Source: Phoronis australis
Lineage: Eukaryota; Animalia; Phoronida
Assembly (NCBI GenBank): GCA_002633005.1
Contig: NMRA01000404.1
Coordinates: 209,394 to 273,393 of the forward strand
DNA length: 64,000 nucleotides
Reading direction: 5' to 3'
Position 1 is the first letter of the stretch. Each line of letters opens with the position of its first letter. This document shows, in pieces, positions 22,023 through 33,071 of the stretch. Both the position numbers and the translations under genes were made by a program. Below the pieces are notes generated by a model that saw only the letters and a program-made list of their open reading frames with translations, made no database searches and was not told where the DNA came from.

Positions 22023-25000
22023 ATGGACGAAGAGGCAAATACAGGGGAGACGAATACAGGGGAGACAACTTCAGGGGAGAGGGAAAGTGGACTGTACAAG
22101 AAGTTGAGTTCAGGAAACATGCGTGTCCCTCTGCATGTGGCTAAAAGTATGGCAAAGGTAGGCAAACAGCTCTAAAGAACAGTATGTTGTTCCATGTAGT
22201 CATACATGATGTGGCCTTTGTTTGAATGAAAAGATTGATCAAGAGGTGCTGGTACCCGGGGTCAGAGTTTGACAAATATTTTGGGCTTCGAGGGGGTACC
22301 TAGCAGTGGCGGATTTAGAGGGGGGCCAAGGGGGCCATGGGCCCCCTAAAATTCTCCCAGATTCCATTTGGCAGTATGGGGGTGTGAATGTCTGATGGGC
22401 AAAATCCTGGCTAATATTCTGCCCTGGCCCCCCCCTAACTCAAAATCCTGGATCCGCCCCTGCCTAGTCTGCATAGTGGCTTACAATTTTGCAGATGATT
22501 GTAAATGATCAGTGCCATTCACACACAATAGGCATTTTGAAAATGTCATGCAAGATCAGTGATAGTAGTCTGTGAATACTGCTCATAATACAATTGTCTC
22601 AGGTCATCTGCGTAACTAAGATTAATACAGACCCTGATTGACACTTCCCCTGTAATGTTATGCACATGAAGCATAACATTTGTGAAAAACATGTAAAGAG
22701 TGGTGCATTAGGCAAAGTCTGGCGAGCTCTGTCGGATTCAAGTTTACCATAGTTTGTCCATTAACAAAATATTCACCAGCAGTATTGCTTGAAGGAGTGT
22801 CCTAAAAAATAATGTCGGGAAATCTCAGCTTGTCAGTGAATTTAGAGAAGGGGTCAATTTGTCAGCCTTGTCTGTGTACCGCACTCACTGGTCACTCACT
22901 GTTCTGCCTGATAAGAGATGTCTCTTGCTTCAACAGAAACCTACTTTGACAACATTTGTGCAGGGGTCACGACACAGGTCATTGAGTGCCCGCTTTAAAG
23001 AAAACTACTTTACATGCAGAAACAGCCGACCTGAGCTAATGACTGACCTGAGCTAATGACTGACCTGAGCTAATGACTGCGTTGGGTGTTGTAGCTGGGA
23101 AATTATTGATGACCTTGGCAATGTCAGCTAAGGCTGGGATTTAAAATATGTATTTTGACATTTTTTTCTAGTATTACCCTTTGGGCATGATATGCTTGTT
23201 CAAGTTTCTTTTATGTAAGGAGCCAAAAACTGTAAATTTGGGTCGAAACTTATTGTTACAGTTTCTGCACGTCATTCTTGTGTTGAAACTAAACACCCTG
23301 TGGGAAAGGATTGTTGGCATTGGCTTCACTTAAGAGTGATTTGTTAACGACAAGCTGTATATCTATCTAGGCTCGTAGGAAGTCTCAAAAAACCAAACCA
23401 AAGCCATTGTACTTTTGGACTAACAGTGAAGTGGTCAAGTGGTTGAAGAGAAGCAGTGATGACCTGCATGACTCATACTGCCATCTGTTTGCAGAACACG
23501 ACATCACTGGTGTGTACCATGACTAGATACTTGTGTTAATTTGTCATAGTTGGGAAATGATGACACTGCTTATATTTTTGAAAACTGATAAGCAATGGGT
23601 TGGTAACTGTAAAGTTCTGCAATTAAAGTCTTTTCAGGTAGATATATTTAATCAATTTTCTTTTCAATATTGACTCGTGCTTGCTCAAGTGAAATTGTTC
23701 AGTATAACCCAAAGTTCAATATAACCCAAAGTTCAGTATTATAACCCAAAGTTCAGTATAACCCAAAGTTCAGTATAACCCAAAGTTCATTATAACCCAA
23801 AGTTCAGTATAGCCCAAAGTTCAGTATAGCCCAAAGTTCAGTATAGCCCAAAGTTCAGTATAGCCCAAAGTTCAGTATAGCCCAAAGTTCAGTATAGCCC
23901 AAAGTTCAGTAAAGCCCAAACTTCAGTATAGTCCAAAGTTCAGTATAACCCAAAGTTCAGTATAACCCAAAGTTCAGTATAACCCGAATGTGGTGACCGA
24001 TAACACTTGTATATCTTGCTTGAAGCTGTGTCATTTGATAGTTCAGGTGGCCCTCCTCAGTACCTGTCAAATATGTCATAATTCTGTTACAGGTAGATCG
24101 CTGGTGAGACTGAATGATGCCAAACTGGAGCAGCTGGGAATTACAGACCCATCACACAGGTAACTCTAACCAATACCTCACACAGGTAACACCAACCAAC
24201 CACTCACTCAGGTAACACCAACCAACCACTCGCACAGGTAACACCAACCAACCACTCACACAGGTATCACCAACCAACCACTCGCACAGGTAACACCAAC
24301 CAACCACTCGCACAGGTAACACCAACCAACCACTCACTCAGGTAACACCAACCAACCACTCACTCAGGTAACACCAACTAACCACTCGCACAGGTATCAC
24401 CAACACTGATGTAGCTCCTATGACATAGTTTAACATTCATCTATAGCCACGTATAGTGCCTGTTGAAATACCTTCATTTTTGTTTGGAACACTTTAACAT
24501 TTTGATTTTTTTAATGCCGATAGTTAGCATTACAAACTTTGCACCATTTTACTGTACCAATTATCAGGTTTTAAAAATGGTAATTATTTAATTGAATCTG
24601 TTAATTGTTATGAAGGAAATGTCTTGGCATTAGTCAGTTTGTTTGCGCGACATCATTGTTGGGCTGGTGTTAGCTGGAAATCTTTATCTTATATTGAAAT
24701 TCCAGAGGTTTAAGGTTTAGCCTTTGAAATCTCTGAACTGCAAGTTTTTTGTTCACAAATTTTTGAATAATTAAGCTTTGGAATAGTTTGCTAGACTTTC
24801 TGATGAACACAAAGTTGTGGTTCAGAATACATTAAATATTGTTTCTTTTCCTGTTTGCGTTTCAACTCAATTTAACATTGCACCCCATAAACTCAGCTCT
24901 GAATAAATAAGTCCTTACATTACTCTAGCCTTGTCAGGTGTGTTAGTCCTTACATTACTCTGACCTTGTCAAGTGTGTTAGTCCTTACATTACTCTAGCC

Positions 25001-25206
25001 TTGTCAGGTGTGTTAGTCCTTACATTACTCTAGCCTTGTCAGGTGTGTTAGTTGATGAGGAACAAGCCATGCTGTGTCAGATTTATGAGATGGTGACAGA
25101 GTGTATGTGTACTTTCAGGGACGACATGTTGAAGCTGATCTTGAAACTGAAACTGAAAAATGAATTGATTGAACTCAAGAACTTGGAACAGAAAGCGAAG
25201 ACATAA
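22023..25206 (+). CDS. ave: SAM-domain adaptor, aveugle / SAMD10-SAMD12 family
   Basis: Exons 22023-22157, 23371-23509, 24093-24159, 25119-25206 (TAA). SAM domain PKPLYFWTNSEVVKWLKR...LFAEHDITGRSLVRLNDAKLEQLGITDPSHRDDMLKLILKLKLKNELIELKNLEQ matches the aveugle pattern; in-frame TAG upstream of ATG 22023. Confidence 0.9.
22304..22462. mobile_element. MITE with 5-bp TSD (CCTAG)
   Basis: CAGTGGCGGATTTAG ... CTGGATCCGCCCCTG; CCTAG on both sides; G/C runs. Confidence 0.8.
23028..23080 (+). repeat. 17-bp tandem repeat x3
   Basis: GACCTGAGCTAATGACT. Confidence 0.9.
23698..23985 (+). repeat. 17-bp minisatellite, ~17 copies
   Basis: CAGTATA(A/G)CCCAAAGTT. Confidence 0.95.
24152..24402 (+). repeat. 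26-bp minisatellite x10, each copy carrying the CAG|GTA(A/T)C donor of aveugle exon 3
   Basis: CAGGTA at 24157, 24183, 24209, 24235, 24261, 24287, 24313, 24339, 24365, 24391. Confidence 0.95.
24911..25052 (+). repeat. 35-bp tandem repeat x4 near the last aveugle acceptor
   Basis: GTCCTTACATTACTCTAGCCTTGTCAGGTGTGTTA. Confidence 0.95.
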
Positions 25207-26155
25207 CCAAGTGTGGACAAAGCCAAGTCTGATCTTGGAGTCTATGATTCAGTGAATGTCTAGGCATATAAGTATCAGCTTCATGCACATAGCTCCATCT
25301 GGTGGCTGTTTATTGTGTTCCAATGGACATCCTAACTCACTTCAGTATGATCTCCAACTACTGACTGAATCAGCCCAGCACGTGGCACATTGATCATATT
25401 TTTATGTAACCTTTTATCTGAGTTACGGAAACCATAAATTGAACTCGGAGGTTAGTTTTAGAATGTGCAGGTTGGTGTATACACATACACAAGGAGGCCA
25501 TACCCCCGCTCATCGCAGCTTATAAGTCAGTGCATTTCTTCACTTCGTTGATCCACCATGTGTGCCCCCTGTTGTGTACTTTTGGCTGCACAGGTTCTGT
25601 GAAATATGCACTCTCATTGGCTGAGAACGTCATGTGCTTTCACTCTCATTGGTCTGATGAAGGGGAGACTATCAAGTGCTATGTGATCATCAACTGCAGC
25701 ATGAAACAAAGAAATGCAAGATTTGAGAGTGTGGCAGTAATAGCTGGAGCAGATCCAGGATTTTTTAAAAGGGGGTTGGATCAATGATTTTTTAAAAAGG
25801 GGTCCAAATCAACAATTTGAAAATACTAGATTTGATATCACTAAAATCAAGGGAAAATGGGGGGTCTGGACCCCCTTGACAGTAACAACTCAATCCCATT
25901 TAAAAGTTTCTGATCATGCAAGAGCTGGAAAATAAATATCGGTGACTAACTTATGTTATGATATGATATAAGTGATTGTACAGTTAGACGAGAGTACCAG
26001 GTTCAAGCGAAGATCAGAATGGAGATCTTATCATACTTAACTATTTAGGTCACGTGATGTGGCATGTAAGAAGACTAATTTTTTTCTTATAAATAACTTA
26101 CTGTTGGACGCCAATGGTAATCTGGCAAAATGACACATAAGTCTGTCAGATGAGG

Positions 26156-26485
26156 GCACCGTGCTTGCATTGCACCGTGCTTGAATTGCACCGTGCTTGC
26201 ATTGCACCGTGCTTGCATTGCACCGTGCTTGCATTGCAGCGTGCTTGCATTGCACCGTGCTTGCATTGCACCGTGCTTGCATTGCACCGTGCTTGCATTG
26301 CACTGTGCTTGCATTGCACCGTGCTTGCATTGCACCGTGCTTGCATTGCACCGTGCTTGCATTGCACCGTGCTTGCATTGCACCGTGCTTGCATTGCACC
26401 ATGCTTGCATTGCACCGTGCTTGCATTGCACCGTGCTTGCATTGCACCGTGCTTGCATTGCACCATGCTTGCATTACATTGCATC
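26156..26485 (+). repeat. 16-bp minisatellite, ~20 copies (source of six overlapping spurious ORFs)
   Basis: GTGCTTGCATTGCACC. Confidence 0.95.
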
Positions 26486-26549
26486 ATGTTTCTAGTGTTC
26501 TCTCAGTTCATTACACAAGTGATGTCATGAATGGTGTCATGACTTCTAT

Positions 26550-26800
26550 TAACCATATCTAGTTGTAATGTTTCTAAATGCAATTTGCCCCCAGTAACCA
26601 TATCTAGTTATTAATGTTTCTTAACGTGATGGGCTCCCTAGAAACCATGTCTAGTTATTAATTTTCTAAACAGGATGCGTCTTCTAGTAACTATGTCTAG
26701 TTATTTTAATAACCGCCTTTAGAAACATTAAAATGTTTCTAAACGCTGTGTGTCTTCTAGTAGCTATGTCTAGTTATTTGTGTTTCTAAACACGATGTGT
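26550..26800 (+). repeat. Degenerate ~47-bp repeat
   Basis: Recurrent A(A/G)C(C/T)AT(A/G)TCTAGTTATT...TTTCTAAA. Confidence 0.7.
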
Positions 26801-27480
26801 CTGGCTGGCATTACTGTCATTGCAGGGTAAACATGATTTCATTCTAACTTGTCTCTAGAGAGACAAAAACTCAGTTTACAAAGAGCAAACATTCAGGGTT
26901 TTGCTGTGGCTGTGTTTGGACATGTTTCATGGCAAAGCCCTTGGGCCTCTCTCAACCCACCTTTATCACGTTTTTCAAGTGACTCCTGCCTTCTCTTTAA
27001 AGGGTCATCTCTTGAGATAATGGTAACTTCTAAAGTTAACCAAGTAGAGACAAGTGTTAATGTGACTGAGCTTCTTTGGCTCGTGAGCTTATTTGGTGGG
27101 AGTCAATGAGCTGCTTGGAGCCATGTGACCAATACAGTCTTATGTTTTGATAGTTAATTAGTGATTCTGTCTTGAGGTAATGTTAAAATGTATTCGTGTC
27201 AGAATACTGCCAATATCATAGATAAGTGAATGCACATTTACTATGAGCTTTTCAGTTTTACTGTTAAGATATTGTTTTGTTGAAGTGCAGTCTATGTTCA
27301 ACCAATAATGATAGGCCACTCGATGACGTCACTGTTGTAAACTTGTATTAAGTCCCAGTCGCGTGGTGTCAGTGGGTCGAATGGTAATGTAATGATAGGG
27401 TGCAATAAATGAGATACGTAGTAATTGGACAAATTAATTTATTACTGGAACAGTTCCTGCCCTATTCAACCGCTGCATAA

Positions 27481-28716
27481 GCGTACATGGCCGAATAAGC
27501 GCATATTATCAGTTTTGCACTTGCCCCAGCCTCCCACGTTGCCACAGAACTGTAGAAAGAGATATCTGTGACGGGACTGAGCTGCAATTTAGGTCAAGCT
27601 CTCATTTATTATGGCTGTGGAAATCCCGCGAGGTGCCTCCAGTCATCAGTGGACCGCAATTTTACTGAATAAAGTGCTGAAATCTCCGGAAGTACCGTAC
27701 TCGACTATTTTCAGGGACATTGTGAGCCGCTGGGAATGTGCCGGGTCAACCACCGTTTTAGAAACACGCGCTTAGAGAGTTGGTGTTGATCCATTTCTTG
27801 GTACCTCCGGCTTCTGGACGTGAAAAAAAACTTTCGTAGAATGTTCTTAAAAACATCTAACATCACCAAGTCCTCAGGTTTTGAACCTAAACTAGAGAAA
27901 CTTGTTCCGTCTACTAGATAGGTAGTTGAATTAAAATCATTTAAGCAACCCATCAGGCTGTCGATTAAAACGAACCCATTCGTCTATTGACGTAAATAGT
28001 ATATGAAACTATTCCGTAGAATACTCTTGCATACGTGAATCCGTTTGTAGAGTTTCCACTGTATTGAACGGCTACAGTCTAAACCTGCCAATTCGGTCAT
28101 AAAAAACAATTTCTGATTTATGCCACCTATCGTTGCTCGGCTGAGGTGTGTCTCAAAATTTTCTTAAGTCAAATTGGAAATGGTTTCATGGTTTCGGAGG
28201 AACGGACAATTCCGTCGTTACTTGAGAACTAGATCATGAAATACTGGTGTCTTTTTATGCGCCTAGCAACAGTTGTATCAGCGAATTATAAAGAACTGTC
28301 GCTTTGTAAAACCACTGCTAAATCACCGAAGGAACACTGAGATTGGCCCACTTTTATTGCGGTAAATCAGTCAAAAGCTGTCGTCTTGCACGGAATAAGA
28401 AATGTTTATAGCTGCGCTGGTGAACGGTACTTGATATAACTTTGACTTTCTAAAACCGCTCTGAGGTGGTGGCGTGTTACTATTATTAAAATCTCTTGGT
28501 GGTACTTGATATAGTTGGTCTTTCTCGGATATCATTTTTAGAGAAAAACGTGAAAAAGTCACTTTTCTGAGTGGCACGTCCCTAGTAGGCTATTCACCTT
28601 CTGTAGGAATACCCGGCTAGCTAAATCCATCGGCTCCTGACAGTACGTGGAACATTCGCCCTGACTGTTCCCAACAGGAAATGGCCGTGCTTTATGCGCT
28701 TATTTTGGACTTACGG
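27481..28716. mobile_element. Possible old Tc1/pogo-like TIR element
   Basis: Inverted motif AATAAGCGCATA (~27494) / TATGCGCTTATT (~28693); ends degenerate. Confidence 0.3.
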
Positions 28717-29340
28717 GAAAGGTATTTTCGGGTTTTACTTTGTTTTCTTAAGCCGACAGAATTCCGACCAAATATGGTATATTAGATTATACATATAGCA
28801 TTATGATTATTATTCATAGCGACAAGTTACTATCATTCGTGTATGTCCACAAATGACATCTAAAGCCTCAAAACTCGATTGCTGAGTCGTCGTTGTCAGT
28901 GAAGCAGAGATCCGTTCTATATTTCAGTTCTATGCTTGTCCTCTATCGGCAGTGTTTCCTGGTTGGGATGTCTCATCACAATGTTTGTAAGCCCGCCGTT
29001 TTCACTGCAAGAATGGCCGACGCTAGCATTAAGATTTGACTAGTTCCCGACCTGGAAGCTCCGTTGTCGCCTTTAGATTTCTTCCAGTCTTTTTCACCAC
29101 TTTTGCAAGTTACTCCGTTTGGCATTTTTTCTCCATAGTTGTAGCATATTTCTTCGTGTCGACATGGCTCTGAAACCCAAGAAACAATTAGTAGGCTATT
29201 ATTGTGTCGTCCTGCACTTGGAGTTGAACAGCATTCTAGTGGCTCTTTTTAACTACTATATAATAAGCCTGACTGTGCACCTGTTTATAAAGTAACTTAG
29301 TTGCCATAATAGTTTTGAGTGTGATATTATACACATGTCA

Positions 29341-30607
29341 TTTTTATGCGCTCACATATTTATATGTGGACGCATTATACCGTCATCTCCGTCCGTCCGC
29401 CCGGGCGGCGTCCGTCCGGCGTCCGCTGCTCTATCTCCAAAACCCTTTGACATACGTTCATGAAATTTGGCACATATATATGTTCCATTCATGAATGGGA
29501 CGGCATGAGCGAACTTTCGGACGGACCGACTACCGGTGTGCCCCCTAGTGGCAATTTTAGTTTTTTACGCTTACCTTTGTATCTTCAAAAGTCCTTAACG
29601 GATTTTCATGAAATTTGGTATGTAGACACCTATTAGTGTGGTGACGCTATCCTCCCGTTTTCAGATGGATTCGATCTAGTTTGCTCCACCTAGTGGCCAT
29701 TTTTACTGTTTTCGAGTCTGTTTTTTGCGTCCACCCCTTTATCAACCAAACCGCTCAAAGAATGATTGTGAAAATTGGCATGTATGTGCTTACTGTGAAG
29801 AGGACCGGCAACTGTGGCGCCTCCTAGTGGCAGTTTTGTTTTTTTTTTGCGCCTATGGCTGTATCTCCTAAACCGTTCGCAGGATTTTTACTTAATTTAG
29901 CAAGTGTTTTTATATGATGTTGACTACGGATGACGACGACTTTCGGACAGATCTGACTACTGCTGTGCCTCCTCAGTAGTGGCAATTTTAGTTTTTTACG
30001 TTTAGCTCAGTATCTTCAAAGGTCCTCAACAGATTTTCATAAAATTTTAAATATAGGAATCTATTGGTGTGATGACGCTATCTTTCTATTTTTGGATAGA
30101 ATCGAGGTATTTTGCACCACCTAGTGGCCATTTTTTGCTGTTTTCAAATCTTGTTTTTGGTGTCCACCCCTGTATCAACCAAATCATTTGAAAATTGGCA
30201 TATATGTTCTCAGTGTGAAGACGACCTTTGATGATGGTGACTGACTACTGTGGGGCCTCCTATTGGTAGTTTTGTTTTGCGCCCATAGTTGTAAACCCAC
30301 TGCAGGATCTTTACTAAATTTAGTAAGTGTATTTATATGAAGATAACAACAGACGACGACGACTTTCAGGCGGATCCAACGGACACTGTGCCCACCAGTG
30401 GCAATTTCATTTTATTCTGTTTTTCTTTGTTTCTCTGAAGTTCCTTGAGCAGATTTTTATGAAATATGACATGCTCCTGTTTTTGGATGTATTGTATGTT
30501 TTTGCGCCATCTAGTGGCCATTTTTATGATACAAATAAATAACCCTAAAAGCACACCATTTGCAATGCATTCGTGGGCGCATTTCAACGCTCCGCGTTGC
30601 TCTTGTT
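29341..30607 (+). mobile_element. Helentron-associated non-autonomous element (HINE/DINE-1-like) with internal ~140-bp tandem repeats
   Basis: T-run start, subterminal IR ATGCGCTCAC with partner GTGGACGCAT, (GTCC)n microsatellite at ~29388-29424, 8 core repeats, 3' subTIR GTGGGCGCAT, hairpin CAACGC-TCC-GCGTTG and CTTGTT end. Confidence 0.85.
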
Positions 30608-30840
30608 GTATGTTTTTTCTATAATAACCGTTGTGTGTGCACACTGCCGTACTATGATCAGTAGCGGCTCTTCGTAGAACAAGTGTGGTCAAACGTTGTA
30701 CAGATTTGACAATTCAAGAACAGACTTTTAGTAATTACGCCAGCTGCAAGTTACATTGAAGTTGGAAGATATTGAATCCTACTCTGGCAGGAAACCATCA
30801 TAATGGTGTAGTACCGTTAGGGCTTCCACGGACGGAAAAT

Positions 30841-31765
30841 TCAAAATCCAAATGCCGATGAGCACAATGCCATATTGTCTGGAAAAGCGGTAAACACTGG
30901 GTTGGTACCCGATGTGCAATATTCGGCGAAAAACCACATTCGAGTTCACTTTTGTTCTCACACCGTGGCAATATACAGTGGCGACCGGATTTAGGGGGGG
31001 GGGGGGGGGGGAANNNNNNNNNNNNNNNNNNNNAAGGGGGCCATGCCCCCCCCCCCCCCTAACATTCTCCTAGATACCATTTGGAAGTTCGGGGTACGAA
31101 TTGCTGACTAGTATATGTGCGCACCCAGGGTGCTCGGAGTGCGAATGCACAATGCATAGAAATTGAACAAACCCCGTTTACCTTTTTATTAGTAATAAGG
31201 TCCACAAACCCAAAAGTTCGAGACCCCTGCATCCTTACATTTTATACTGGGCGCGCGCATGTGGCGAAATTCTGGTTATTCCTGTGCCCTGCCCCCCCAA
31301 CCCAAAATCCTGGATCCGCCCCTGATATACCCACGTCTCTACTAATTCCGTCCACTGGGTAGCCTCTGCCTCCCCCCCCCCCCCACCCAGATACAAACCT
31401 TGTGGACACTGTGCCTTGGTACAGGCTATGGCGCCTTGTATACAGTGGCATTGATTACAACTGTAGAAATCCTTGAATACTTGACCGTGTTGAAACACGC
31501 GGTTGCACTTGTCCACGGAACAGTTCTTGTGACTCTGCGTCCCTGACACCAGGAGGCACACTGCGAAACGAACAAGTCAACGGTTTCAGTTAAAGCTTCA
31601 TAAGACATGATGTTAGCAAAGAATTCACAACAAATTGCTTGCTCCTCAATTATTGGAGCACTATTTCAAAAGACAGTGGAATCCCAAGAAAGCGAGAAAC
31701 GAGTAAACAAAACTTCATAACGAACCAGACATGGAAACTGCTAAGAGAAATACACTTTTGTTCAT
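30841..31765 (-). CDS. Small secreted cysteine-rich peptide (79 aa, 8 mature Cys), pacifastin/VWC-like
   Basis: Exons 31765-31726, 31560-31399, 30878-30841, both introns phase 1 GT-AG: MNKSVFLLAVSMSVCLLVSGTQS-HKNCSVDKCNRVFQHGQVFKDFYSCNQCHCIQGAIACTKAQCPQDNMALCSSAFGF*. Hydrophobic signal peptide plus CNxCxCxxGxxxCTxxxC core. Confidence 0.8.
30976..31324. mobile_element. MITE with 5-bp TSD (ATATA) in intron 2 of the Cys-rich peptide gene
   Basis: CAGTGGCG...GGATCCGCCCCTG; ATATA on both sides; related to 22304-22462 and 61654-61969; spans N gap 31014-31033. Confidence 0.75.
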
Positions 31766-33023
31766 TGTCGTCGTCAGCAACCCGTCAATGTCGACCGCTC
31801 CAATTCACAGATCCACCAAGATTATTTCTACCTGCTGACAACGTCTCGGCAATAAAATGTTTGATTTTATGGCCCTTCTTATGTTATATGGCATCTACGT
31901 ATAATATTCGATGAGTCAGTTGGGCATGATTAGGGCTAACTATACGGTTTATTATGATTTTTTGCGTGTATAAACGATACCAAACTGCAGTTTATTAGTG
32001 TCCGGTGTTCGAAAGTGTGTGTTTCAGTCTCGGCGTGTGAGTCATTGGAAAGAAAATTTTATTTCATGCTGACTGAGTTGAACAAAGGGCTCCATCCCCT
32101 AAAATACTCAAGCGATGGGTCTTAAAACCTCAGTTGGGGTTTCACTAGTCACGATCGTTGACGTACACCATGATATTAGGTAATTTGATAAAATGCAAGC
32201 ACTATTTTCCCTTACATCAGTCGACTAGTGTCTAAACTGTAGCATTGTACACTATACAGTGTATGCACAAACACTACTGGAGTTTAGAAAATGCGTATGT
32301 TATTGGGAAGTCTTAATAGTAAGTCATATCAAGGAAGAATGGGACATTTTAATGGTCAGGTGCTTGTTAATACGAGAAACACATAAAATAAACCAGCTGT
32401 AAAATCAAGTAATGATCGTATCTAAACAACCACTTGACTGTGAATATCGATGAATAATTCAGAGCTTATATAGCGCCGAAATACGCAAACTGGAAGCGAG
32501 CGATCGGTAACGAGTATTGCGGGATAGTTTTTGGGTGTTGGCATATGAGGCCTTGACTATCAGTGAGTCATTTGTTTCATCACCTAGGATGCACCTAATT
32601 CAGAAGGCATTGCAGTCGGTGGCATAAATTTCGTCATCCATTAACAATCTGATTCAGATCACTATAGGAGTCACTGCCCATGTTGTTAAAGCTACACCTG
32701 TCCACTCTTGGACCATAGACGTAACAATCTCTCAAAGGAAAGCTATTTTGATCACGTGCTTCGCTAATACTGCATGGCTATAAGTCGTGAGGTCTTACGT
32801 TTTCGGCCAGGTTCTCGCGCACGTCTACGGAAAGTGCTCGCTACCCGGACGAATACCCGGATCATGCAAAAGTTTCACCACTATTTATTTTAATATCATA
32901 GCGGAATTCGAGGAAAAAGTTGTCTGAATTGAAATTTGGTTGCTGTCCTCAGTTTTGGACGAGAACCTCGAAGGTTTTGATCTTACATTTGTTTCTACCA
33001 GTGACATATTAGTTTCATCACAT

Positions 33024-33071
33024 CCGGTGATATCACCCGCCGGTGATATCACCCGCCGGTGATATCACCGG
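33024..33071. repeat. Tandem array of three palindromes GGTGATATCACC (16-bp period)
   Basis: CCGGTGATATCACCCG x2 then CCGGTGATATCACCGG. Confidence 0.9.

Noticed and set aside
26037-26562. Six overlapping Cys/His-rich ORFs (QARCNASTVQCKHGAM / CIAPCLHCTVLALHRA repeats)
   Set aside because: Products of a stop-free 16-bp minisatellite read in all frames; no splice or start context.
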